64,000 nt of DNA, from NCBI GenBank assembly GCA_035063585.1, contig JAPSGB010000005.1, positions 1 through 64,000 on the forward strand, written 5' to 3'. Below the pieces are notes generated by a model that worked only from the letters and a program-made list of their open reading frames with translations, searched no databases and was not told the DNA's origin. Shown here one piece after another: positions 19,968 through 29,000 of this stretch. This stretch comes from Polyangiaceae bacterium (lineage in GTDB: Bacteria; Myxococcota_A; Polyangia; Polyangiales; Polyangiaceae). Position numbers and translations under genes: made by a program. The stretch's first letter is position 1. Each line of letters starts with the position of its first letter.

Positions 19968-20725
19968 GCCCGGCGGTCGGTCGAGACCGAGGGTTCACCC
20001 TGCTCGAGGTGCTGGTCGCGGTGGCGATCCTCGGGCTCGGGCTCACCGTCATACTGAGCTCGCAGGTCGGTCTCTTCGGGAGCGCTCAGCGGTCCGCGAA
20101 CCTCGCGCTCGTAGACAACCTTGCCCGGTGCCGCATGGGTGAGCTCGAGGTGAAGCTCTTGCGAGACGGCTTCCCGCTCACTGACCAGAACGACGAAGGC
20201 AAGTGCTGCGAGGACGATGACGGCGACGCGCGCTTCTCCTGCGCCTGGAAGGTCGAGACGGTGACGCTCCCTCCGCCAGCGGCGCTCGACTCCGCCGGGG
20301 ATGCGGGGTTGAACCTGGCGACCGGCGACGGCGGACTATCGACCAATCCCACCAGCGCGCTCGGCGCCGGCAACCTCGGGGCGATGGGCGCGCTCGCCTC
20401 CGTCCAGCAGACGGGCGGCGCCGCGCTCGGCGACGGCGGGATCGGCGGGCTCGCGAGCATGATGACCGCCGCGGCTGTTGGCGGCACCCAGGGCATGGCG
20501 CCGATGCTCATGAGCCTGGTCTATCCGGATCTGAAGCCGATGCTCGAAGCGAGCATCCGCAAAGTCACGGTGACCGTGAAGTGGCGCGAGGGGAAGGCAG
20601 AGCGCACCCTCGATGTCGAGCAGTACGTTACCAATCCGCTACAAGGCGGCCTCGACCCAGCCACCGCGGGCCAGATGGAGCAGCTCAATTCCGCGATGGA
20701 ATCGCAGCAGTCAGGGAAGCCATGA
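19964..20725 (+). CDS. gspI: Minor pseudopilin GspI-like
   Basis: RG|FTLLEVLVAVAIL, IRKVTVTVKW; operon position. Confidence 0.8.
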   Translation: MSPAVGRDRGFTLLEVLVAVAILGLGLTVILSSQVGLFGSAQRSANLALVDNLARCRMGELEVKLLRDGFPLTDQNDEGKCCEDDDGDARFSCAWKVETVTLPPPAALDSAGDAGLNLATGDGGLSTNPTSALGAGNLGAMGALASVQQTGGAALGDGGIGGLASMMTAAAVGGTQGMAPMLMSLVYPDLKPMLEASIRKVTVTVKWREGKAERTLDVEQYVTNPLQGGLDPATAGQMEQLNSAMESQQSGKP

Positions 20726-21438
20726 CTCGGCGTCGTCGCTCGCGCACGGCCGGCTTTACGCTCATCGAGCTCCTGGTCGCCATCGCCATCCTCGCGATGA
20801 TTAGCGTGCTCATCTACAGCGCGTTCTCTGGGCTCCAGCGCAGCAAGGCGGGAATCGAGCGACTCGGCGACCGCTATCGCGAGGGCCGCCTGGCGCTCGA
20901 TCGGATCGGCCGTGAGCTGCAGAGCGCCTACTTGTCCGCTCATCGCCCCATCAACCCGTCGCTCGCCATCCAGAAGACCGCGTTCGTCGGGAAGGCCGGA
21001 ACGCCTGCCGATCGAGTGGACTTCAACTCCTTCTCGAACCGGCGCCTCGATCGCGACGCCCATGAGTCCGATCAGTGCGAGCTCTCGTACTTCGGCTCTG
21101 ACAACCCCCAGGAGCCGGGGGTCGTCGACCTGGTCCGGCGCTTCTCACCGAAGCCCGATCTCGAGCCGACCAAGGGTGGGCGCGTGGATGTGCTGGCGAC
21201 GGACATCGATCTCTTCGATCTGAAATTCCTCGATCCGCTGACCGGAGAGTGGGTCGAGAGCTGGGATACGACCCAGGGCGCTACCGGTCAGCCAGACCGG
21301 CTCCCGCTGCAAGTTCGCGTGATCCTGGTGCTGAACGGTGGCCAACGGACGGGCGCGGGGCGCGCGCGTGACACCATCCGCTTCGTCACCAAGATTTCCC
21401 TCCCCATCGAGCGCCCGCTCACCTTCGCGACCCAATGA
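20722..21438 (+). CDS. gspJ: Minor pseudopilin GspJ
   Basis: AG|FTLIELLVAIAIL, EWVESWD, LPLQVRV. Confidence 0.88.
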   Translation: MTRRRRSRTAGFTLIELLVAIAILAMISVLIYSAFSGLQRSKAGIERLGDRYREGRLALDRIGRELQSAYLSAHRPINPSLAIQKTAFVGKAGTPADRVDFNSFSNRRLDRDAHESDQCELSYFGSDNPQEPGVVDLVRRFSPKPDLEPTKGGRVDVLATDIDLFDLKFLDPLTGEWVESWDTTQGATGQPDRLPLQVRVILVLNGGQRTGAGRARDTIRFVTKISLPIERPLTFATQ

Positions 21439-22898
21439 CGCGGGAAGCTCGCCTCCGTCGCCGTGCCCGTGGGCGTCGTCGCTCGCGGCGCAAGGAGCGT
21501 GGCGTCGCGCTCATCATGGTGCTCGGCGCGCTCACCGTGCTGACGGTCATGTTGACGGAATTTCAGGACCAGACCTCCGCCGAGCTCGGCAGCGCCCTTA
21601 CCGAGCGCGATGCACTGAAGGCAGAGTACGCGGCCAAGAGCGCCATCAACCTCTCGCGGCTACTCATCGCTTCGGAGCCCACCATTCGTAAGGCGCTGGC
21701 CCCGCTCTTCTTGCTGATGCGTCGCGGCCCGCCGCAGATCCCGGTGTGGCAATTCGCGGATCAGGTGCTCGGGGCGTTCAACGACAAGACCGGTGCGGAA
21801 GCGTTTCGCCTGTTGGCGGGCGTCGACGTGAGCGAGGGCAAGCATCTGGGGCTCGACGGCGCTGGCTTCGAGATCACCATCGTCGACGAGGACTCGAAGA
21901 TTGACCTCAACACTGCGGCTCGCGGCGACGCCTTCTCTCAGGCGCGCTTGGCGAGCCAGCTCTCGGGGCTCATGCTCGGGCCCCAGTACGACTCGATGTT
22001 CGAGAACGCAGATCCGGACGGCGCTCACTCGGACCGCCAGACGATTTGCTCGGCCATCGTCGACTGGACTGACCCGGATCAGGACGCCTACACCTGTGAC
22101 CCGCACTCGGGGACCGCTCAACAGGCAGGCGCAGAAGACTCGTACTATGAGATGCTGAAGCGGCCGTATCAGCGCAAGAACGCGGCCTTCGACAGCTTGG
22201 AGGAGCTGCGCCTCGTGCGAGGCGTCGGTGACGACTTCTGGAGCACCTTCATCCAACCGGATCCTTCGAACCCGGACAAGCGGACCGTCACGGTGTGGGG
22301 TCAGGGCAAGGTGAACGTGAACACCGCCAATGCTCAGACTCTGCTGGCGGTGATCTGCGGCAACGCGCCGGCGGCGCCACTCTGCAACGACCCGCTCCAG
22401 GCCTCTTCCTTCCTGAGCGCCGTGACCATGCTTCGTGGCTTCACCATGGGCGCCCCGCTCTTCAGCTCCACGAGGGGCTTCGTCAATACGATGAAGGGTA
22501 CCGGGCCCATCGGGACGGTCATGGCGGCGGTGGGGCTCCAGCCGGTGGTGTTCCTCTCGGATTCGGAGACCATGAAGGCCATCACCACCGAGAGTCGAGT
22601 GTTCAGCATCTACGCGACCGGCTACGTGAAGGCCGGGAAGCGCGAGACTCGCGTGAAAGTCCACGCCGTGGTGGATTTCCGCGGGGCGCCGCCGCCCGGA
22701 ATGCCGAACCTCGGGCAGCTCTCCTCGCTCGGCTTGCTGGGGAGCGATGGCGCCACGGGCCCCGGAGGGCTCGGGCAGTCTGGGGCGACCGAGGCAAACC
22801 CGCTCGCGGGCCTCCCGGCGGACGCCTCGTCGAGCGCGATCGTGGGCGCGCTCCGGCCGAGCGCAGCAGGTAATATCATCTACTACAGGATCAACTGA
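21435..22898 (+). CDS. gspK: Minor pseudopilin GspK
   Basis: RG|VALIMVL (no Glu5), DEDSKIDLN, IVDWTDPD, SLEELRLVRGV, VNVNTA. Confidence 0.93.
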   Translation: MTREARLRRRARGRRRSRRKERGVALIMVLGALTVLTVMLTEFQDQTSAELGSALTERDALKAEYAAKSAINLSRLLIASEPTIRKALAPLFLLMRRGPPQIPVWQFADQVLGAFNDKTGAEAFRLLAGVDVSEGKHLGLDGAGFEITIVDEDSKIDLNTAARGDAFSQARLASQLSGLMLGPQYDSMFENADPDGAHSDRQTICSAIVDWTDPDQDAYTCDPHSGTAQQAGAEDSYYEMLKRPYQRKNAAFDSLEELRLVRGVGDDFWSTFIQPDPSNPDKRTVTVWGQGKVNVNTANAQTLLAVICGNAPAAPLCNDPLQASSFLSAVTMLRGFTMGAPLFSSTRGFVNTMKGTGPIGTVMAAVGLQPVVFLSDSETMKAITTESRVFSIYATGYVKAGKRETRVKVHAVVDFRGAPPPGMPNLGQLSSLGLLGSDGATGPGGLGQSGATEANPLAGLPADASSSAIVGALRPSAAGNIIYYRIN

Positions 22899-22904
22899 GG
22901 ACGT

Positions 22905-24404
22905 ATGGCGAGGGTCGTCGGCATTGACATCGGGAGCTCCCAGGTGCGGGTCGCGCTGCTCCGTACCGGTTATCGACGGGTCGCGCTCGAACGGACGTTC
23001 GAGGTGTCGCTCGACGGCCCAGAGAGCGTGGCGGATGCGCTCGCTGCGTGCTCGGGTCCGCTCATCCAGCATGGTGAGTCGATCGCCGTGGGGATCGAGG
23101 GCGAGCGCTCCTTCACTCACCTCATCACCATGCCGTCGACCGCGCTCCGTCGGATGTCCGAGGTACTCCCGTTCGAGCTCGAGGCGCAGGTGCCGGTGGA
23201 CTTCAGTGAGCTCGTCTACGATTACCGCTTGCTTCGTCGCGGCTCACCGACCGAGCCGATCGTGGCGCTCGCCGCGGCCGCGCGCACCGAGCAGGTCCGA
23301 GCGCGAATCGGCCTCGTCGCGCGCGCCGTTGGCCGGGAGCCGGAGCGCGTCGGCTCGGGGCCGCTGCCGCTCGCGAACCTGGCGACGCTCTCGGCCGAGC
23401 TCGCGGTGCCCGGCCCGATCGCTCTCGTGGATCTGGGCGCGCGACGAACCGAGGTGGTGCTGCTCAGGGACGGTGAGCCGGTGTTCGCGCGGACCTTGTC
23501 GCGCGGGGTCGAGGGGGTGGAGGATCCGATGGTTGCCGAGGCTCTGGCCGCAGAGCTCCGGCAGAGCTTCGTCGCCTGGACGGCGCGAGGCGGAGCGGCG
23601 GTAGCGAGCGTCTTCCTGATTGGCGGCGGCGCCGCCACGCCGGGGGCTCAGGCCTACCTGTCGAGCGCGCTCGGAGTCCCGGCGCTACCGCTCCCCGCGC
23701 TCGCCCTCGAAGGGCTGACCGAGGAGCAAGCTCGAGACATCCCGCGCTTCGCCAAGGCGATCGCCCTTGGCCTCGGTCTCGCTGGACGACCGCGAGATCT
23801 CGATCTTCGTCGCGGCGCGCTCACTTATCAACGTGGCTTCGGGTTCCTGAAGGAGAAGCTTCCGCTGCTCTCGGGGCTCGGCGTGGCCATCGCGATAAGC
23901 TTTGCGTTCTCCACCTGGGCGCAACTCCGCGCGCTCTCGCAGCAGCGAACCTCGCTCGAAACCACGCTCGAATCGGTCTCGAAGGAAGTGCTCGGCGAGA
24001 AGACCTCCGATGCCGCCCGGGCTCAGGAACTCCTCGGCAAGAAGGAGGGCGGGGAAGACACCGACCCGATGCCGCACGCGGACGCCTTCGACGTCATCGT
24101 AGCGTTGTCGAAGGGCATCCCTAGCAGCGTGACACACGATATCGACGAATTTGACTTGCAGCGCGGCCATGTCCGCATCGACGGCGTGGTCGGCTCTACC
24201 GCGGACGCACAGACCGTGCTGGGCGGTCTCAAGGAGTTTCGCTGCGTGAAGGACGCGAAGATCTCGAAGATAACCCAAGCCGTAAACAGCGACCGGCAGA
24301 AGTACGTGCTCGAATTCGACCTGTCCTGTCCGGAGGACGCGGCGCAAAAGAAGAAGCCCAAGAAGGCTGCCGCGTCGGACGCCGACCTGGGAGGCGCGCC
24401 ATGA
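22905..24404 (+). CDS. gspL: GspL (PilM-like actin-fold cytoplasmic domain, TM, PilN-like periplasmic domain)
   Basis: GIDIGSSQVRV, LPFELE, VDLGARRTEV, LIGGGA, one TM. Confidence 0.85.
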   Translation: MARVVGIDIGSSQVRVALLRTGYRRVALERTFEVSLDGPESVADALAACSGPLIQHGESIAVGIEGERSFTHLITMPSTALRRMSEVLPFELEAQVPVDFSELVYDYRLLRRGSPTEPIVALAAAARTEQVRARIGLVARAVGREPERVGSGPLPLANLATLSAELAVPGPIALVDLGARRTEVVLLRDGEPVFARTLSRGVEGVEDPMVAEALAAELRQSFVAWTARGGAAVASVFLIGGGAATPGAQAYLSSALGVPALPLPALALEGLTEEQARDIPRFAKAIALGLGLAGRPRDLDLRRGALTYQRGFGFLKEKLPLLSGLGVAIAISFAFSTWAQLRALSQQRTSLETTLESVSKEVLGEKTSDAARAQELLGKKEGGEDTDPMPHADAFDVIVALSKGIPSSVTHDIDEFDLQRGHVRIDGVVGSTADAQTVLGGLKEFRCVKDAKISKITQAVNSDRQKYVLEFDLSCPEDAAQKKKPKKAAASDADLGGAP

Positions 24405-24979
24405 GCGTCGGAGACCGCATCGAGCGACTCGAGCCGCGTGAGCGACGGCTGCTCGCGATCTTGGCGAGCGTGTTCATCGGGATGTTGCTCCTCGCCCTCC
24501 CGCTCGGGACCTCTGCGATGGTGAGCTCACGGCAGAGCGACAACGAAGAGCTCCAGCGGGTCATCGCCAGCATCGAGAGCGGACGAGCCCGAGTGAGGAA
24601 GGCGAAGACCGATCACGATGCTCTGCTTCAGCGTTACGCGACCCCGGCTCCCCCTCTCGCCAGCATGCTTGCGGGATTTGCCAAAGAGGTAGAAATCGAG
24701 ATCCCTGAGAGCCAGGATCGGGCGAGCGTGCCGCATGGCAAGAGATACGAAGAGCGTTCGACCAAGATCGTTCTCCGTAAGGTAGGGATGCTCGCGCTCG
24801 CGAAATTCATGGAGAAGATCGAGACGTCACACTTCCCCGTGCTCATCTCTCAACTCAACATTCGCAAGCGCAGCACCGAGCCCGACTCCTACGACGTGGA
24901 CATGACGGTGAGCGCCTACGATCGTAAGGCAGACTCCAAGCCGGAGAAGGCTGCTGACTCCGAGGAGCAGCCCCTGTGA
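24401..24979 (+). CDS. gspM: GspM
   Basis: LEPRERRLL, TM, coiled coil; lies between gspL and gspN. Confidence 0.82.
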   Translation: MSVGDRIERLEPRERRLLAILASVFIGMLLLALPLGTSAMVSSRQSDNEELQRVIASIESGRARVRKAKTDHDALLQRYATPAPPLASMLAGFAKEVEIEIPESQDRASVPHGKRYEERSTKIVLRKVGMLALAKFMEKIETSHFPVLISQLNIRKRSTEPDSYDVDMTVSAYDRKADSKPEKAADSEEQPL

Positions 24980-26037
24980 CCATCCGGCTGAGAGACTGGG
25001 CGCGCTGGGTCGGGTACCCGGCGTTCTACCTCGGCTCACTCCTCGTGTTCGTCTACGTCACGTTCCCGTTCGACCGGATCAAGGAACGCCTGATCGCCGA
25101 GTTCAACGCTCGCCAGGCGGACGGCAGTAGGCTCGAGATCGACGACATGAGCTGGTACTGGGGGAGCGGGGTGGAGGCGTCCGGGGTGAGGCTCACGCTT
25201 CCGCCCCCGAAGAACGCTTCGACCGACCAGAGCGGCGCGGCCCCGAAGCCACGCGTCGTCGAGCTCGAGCACGTCTATGCGAGGTTGTCGCTCCTCTCAT
25301 TCTTGTTCGGGACGCGGCACGTGTCTTTCGGCGCGGGCGTGCTCGGAGGGGAAGTATCGGGAGAGGTCACCGACCGGGGAAACGATCGTGAGGTCGCGCT
25401 CCGCTTCGAGGAGATGGACGTCGGCGCCTTGCCATTCATGCGCGACGTCTCCGGTCTGCCGATGACCGGAACGCTCACCGGCAGCATCGAGCTCGAGGCG
25501 CCGGAACAGAAGCTGGCGAAATCGAGCGGGAAGGTCAGCCTGAAGCTCTCACGGCTCACGGTGGGCGATGGCAAGGCCAAGGTCATGGACGCCCTCGCGC
25601 TCCCCAAGCTCGACGCGGGAGACCTTACGCTCGAGGCGGATATCGCAGGAGGGCGCGTCGACCTGAAGCAGTTTTCCGCGAGAGGGCCGGACGTCGAGGT
25701 CATCGCGGATGGAAAGATCCGGCTCCGCGATCCCTTCAATAACAGCCTCGCGGAGCTCGGGCTGAGGTTCCGATTCTCGGACAAGTATAAGAGCAAGAAC
25801 GAGACGACCAAGAGTCTGTTCGGAGCGCCGGGCTCCAGCATGCCGGCGCTCTTCGATCTGGATCCGAAGGCCAAGCGCGCCAAGCGTCCGGACGGGTTCT
25901 ACTCCTGGCGCGTGACCGGTCCGTTCGAGCACTTGCTCTTCGAGCCGTCGCCGGCGGGCGTCGGCGGCGCAGGCTCTCGAGCGCGAGGCACGATGCGCGG
26001 GTTTCCGGCGGCACAGAACCCCGATGACTCCGAGTGA
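24976..26037 (+). CDS. gspN: GspN (deltaproteobacterial type)
   Basis: N-terminal TM then TFPFDRIKERL, beta-rich body; last gene of the operon. Confidence 0.85.
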   Translation: MTIRLRDWARWVGYPAFYLGSLLVFVYVTFPFDRIKERLIAEFNARQADGSRLEIDDMSWYWGSGVEASGVRLTLPPPKNASTDQSGAAPKPRVVELEHVYARLSLLSFLFGTRHVSFGAGVLGGEVSGEVTDRGNDREVALRFEEMDVGALPFMRDVSGLPMTGTLTGSIELEAPEQKLAKSSGKVSLKLSRLTVGDGKAKVMDALALPKLDAGDLTLEADIAGGRVDLKQFSARGPDVEVIADGKIRLRDPFNNSLAELGLRFRFSDKYKSKNETTKSLFGAPGSSMPALFDLDPKAKRAKRPDGFYSWRVTGPFEHLLFEPSPAGVGGAGSRARGTMRGFPAAQNPDDSE

Positions 26038-26040
26038 GGG

Positions 26041-29000
26041 TCAGGAGTCGATGCCGATGGCGAGCTTGCGACGCATCGCGAAGTACGGCTCGCTCACCGC
26101 GTAGAGCACGAGCTCCTTCAGACGCTCCTGATTCGGCACTGCGCTCGAGCCCTCGTCCGACGCCTTCACGATCTCGACGGCGGTCTCGAGATCGTGCGCG
26201 ACGACGAAGCCGGCGCGATCCGCGGTGAGATCCACCCCGGCGACCCAGCGCTTGAGATCGAGCGCGCCGCCAGATTGGAGCAGCTTCGATACGACTCGCG
26301 CGAGCTGATCTCGGGCCTGCCCTTGCATGCTCGCCTCGAGCGCCTCCAGCGCCTCGTTGACCGGCCCTTCGAGCTCGGCGGCGACGGGGAAGGCGGGCGC
26401 GATCATCTTGATGGCGGCAAATAGCCAAGATTTCAGCGCGGTACCCGAGGGGATGAGATGCCTTACGTACATCCCGGGGCGGAAATACGCGAGGTGGCGA
26501 GCCGCGATGAACGCCGCGGCCTGCGCGGGGACGTCCGCTCCGAGCGCGGCCATGCCGAGCACGATGGATGGCGTATGCGCGTGCAGGAACGAAAGTCCGC
26601 CCGGGTCGTTGGTGTTCTGGAAGGTCGGCGGCGCCTCCATCCCCATGACCCCGGCCGCGTAGTGCAGCGTCTGGCTCATCGGATAGGGGTGTCGAGCCAG
26701 GTCGATGGCGTAGCGAGCGTCGTAGCCGAGCGCGTCGAGCGCCTGACCACGACTGGCGATGACGGCAGGCTCGATGAGGGCGAATACGCTCGTGAGGAGC
26801 GGGCTCGCATCGGGATGCATGACTGAGAGTAGCCAGTCCTCGTCGCTGAAGGCCGCCTGGGCCGGGGCGGCGGTCTCGGCGCGCATGCGCTTGAAGAATC
26901 GCTCCTCGTCGGGCTCGGCGAGGTTCAACACGTAGAGCGCCTGGCACAGGCACCACGCCGGGTCGGGCTGCTTGACCTCGGTGTAGAGGCGGCGGAGGAG
27001 CTTGTAGGAGTCCGGTCGATAAGGGTTCTGGCGAAGCAGCACGAGCTGTGACGTCACCGCCTTGTCGAGGTACTTCTCGGGGTTCGAGGCGTAGAGGTCC
27101 GCCAAGTGCTCCGCGCGCTCGCGGTTGTCGGCGTCTAGAGTCTGGGCCGCCTCGAACGCGTCGATGGCCTGATCCATCCACCCGAGGTTCTTCTCGTAGA
27201 GGCTCCCGAGCGCGCTGAAGGTCGCGAGCATGAGCGCTTGGTCTTGGGAGCCGGTGGCGCGCGAGAGCTTCTGCTTGAGGAGCTGCTCGACCTTCTCGAA
27301 GTCACCCTTGGTCGTCGAGATCTCGATCGCCTCGTCGAGCGCTCGGCTCATCTCGGGATCGAGCTTCAGGACCTTCTCGTAGAATTCGAGCGCGCGGTCG
27401 ACGTCTCCAAGCTGCCGCGCGCTGACAATCGCGGCGGTGTGCAGGTACTTCGCCTTCTGCTTGTCGTCGTCGACGAAATCGGCGAGCCGGAGCACGACGT
27501 CCACGAGCTTCCCCCAGTCCTTCTCCTCGCTGTAGAGCTGCATCAACTTGGTGAGCAGCTTGCGGTCATCGGGTCGCTCCTCGAGTGCCGCCACGAAGCT
27601 CTTGGCGGCGCGCGTAGGATCCTTGAGGTGGCTCGCGGCGATGTCGCCCATCTCGGTGAGCACGTGGATCCGTTGGCTGTCGGTCACGATATCGAGTTGA
27701 CGGGTCTTGATCTTGAGAACCTGTTCCCAATCTCCCTTGGCCTCGTGGACCTTGGCGAGCGCTATCAGCGGCGCTTCGCTGGTCGGGTCGAGGTCGCACG
27801 CTTCGGCGAGGCGAGTGAGCGCTTCGTCGTAGCGCTCACTCGAACGGAGCGCGTCTCCGAAGCGGTGGAGCGCCTGCGCCCGTTCCTTGCCCTGGAAGCG
27901 CGCATCGAAACGCTTGAAGAGATCCTCGTAGAGCTCGACGGCGCGTTTGGGTGAGCCGTGCTCGAAGGTCACCTGGGCGACTCGCTCGAGCGCCTGGGGG
28001 TCGTCGGGCGCAATCCGGAGCAGCGTGTCCATCGCGGTCACGGCTCGTTCCGTCGAGCCGGAGGAGGCCAGCGAGTCGACGTAGCGCACCAGGATCCCGG
28101 CGGCCGCCGCCTTGTCGAGGGTGTCGACGCGGTCCGCGATGAGCTCGTAGTGCTTGCTCGCCTCGAAGAAATGCTTTGCATCGAAGGCGATGTCGCCGAG
28201 GACGATGAGCGCCTCGAGGTTGGTGGGGTCGTAGCTGATGGCGCGCTGCGCCGCCTCCTCGGCTCGGTCGTCGTTCTTCAGCTTCTCGCGCGCGAGCTTG
28301 GCGGCCTCGGCCGCTAGCCGTGCCTTGGCGCGATCACCGTCGGTCCGCTCGAGTTCCCGCTCGATGAGCTGTAGCGCAGCGTTCACGTCGCCTCGCGCCA
28401 CGTAGGCCGTCCTGAGCTGCGCGGCTGCACCAGAGTCCTCCGGGTTTGCGTCGAGCGCGAGCTTGTAGCGTTCGATGGCGCCGTCGCGGTCACCGCGCTG
28501 CTCGAGCAGCTTTGCCGCGCGCAAGAATTGCTCCGCCTTGGCCTCCGGCGTGGTTGCCTTGGCCGCCAGTTGCTCGATCGCCTGCAGGGCGGCGTTGGCG
28601 TCGCCGGACGTCTCCCGCAAGCGCGCGAGCGCCTCGAGGGCTCCCGCGTGCCCGGGATCGAGCTCGAGCACCGCCTCATACGCGCGAGTCGCACGCTCCG
28701 GAGAGCCGACCTGGTCAGCCAGCACGTGCGCGCGCGCCACCGATAGCGCGAGTTGCCGCTCGGGATCGGTGACCAAGCGAAGATGCCGGTCGTAGAGGGC
28801 GACGACGTCCTCCCAGCGATCCAGCGCGCGATAGTGGCGTACCAGCGCGGTGAGCGCGCCGTCGTGCGCGGCGTCGATGCCGAGGATGGCCTCCCACGCG
28901 AGCGCGGCCTGGGCATGGTCGAGGAACTCCTCGTCGTAAATGCCCGCGATGCGCTCCCAGAGCGTGATCTTCTGCCGCGGGGTCGCAGCGAGCCGCACCT

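Noticed and set aside
12667..26037. Type IV pilus or Tad/Kil system instead of T2SS
   Set aside because: GspC-PDZ, GspK and GspN are present in C-to-N order, with no PilT or Tad genes
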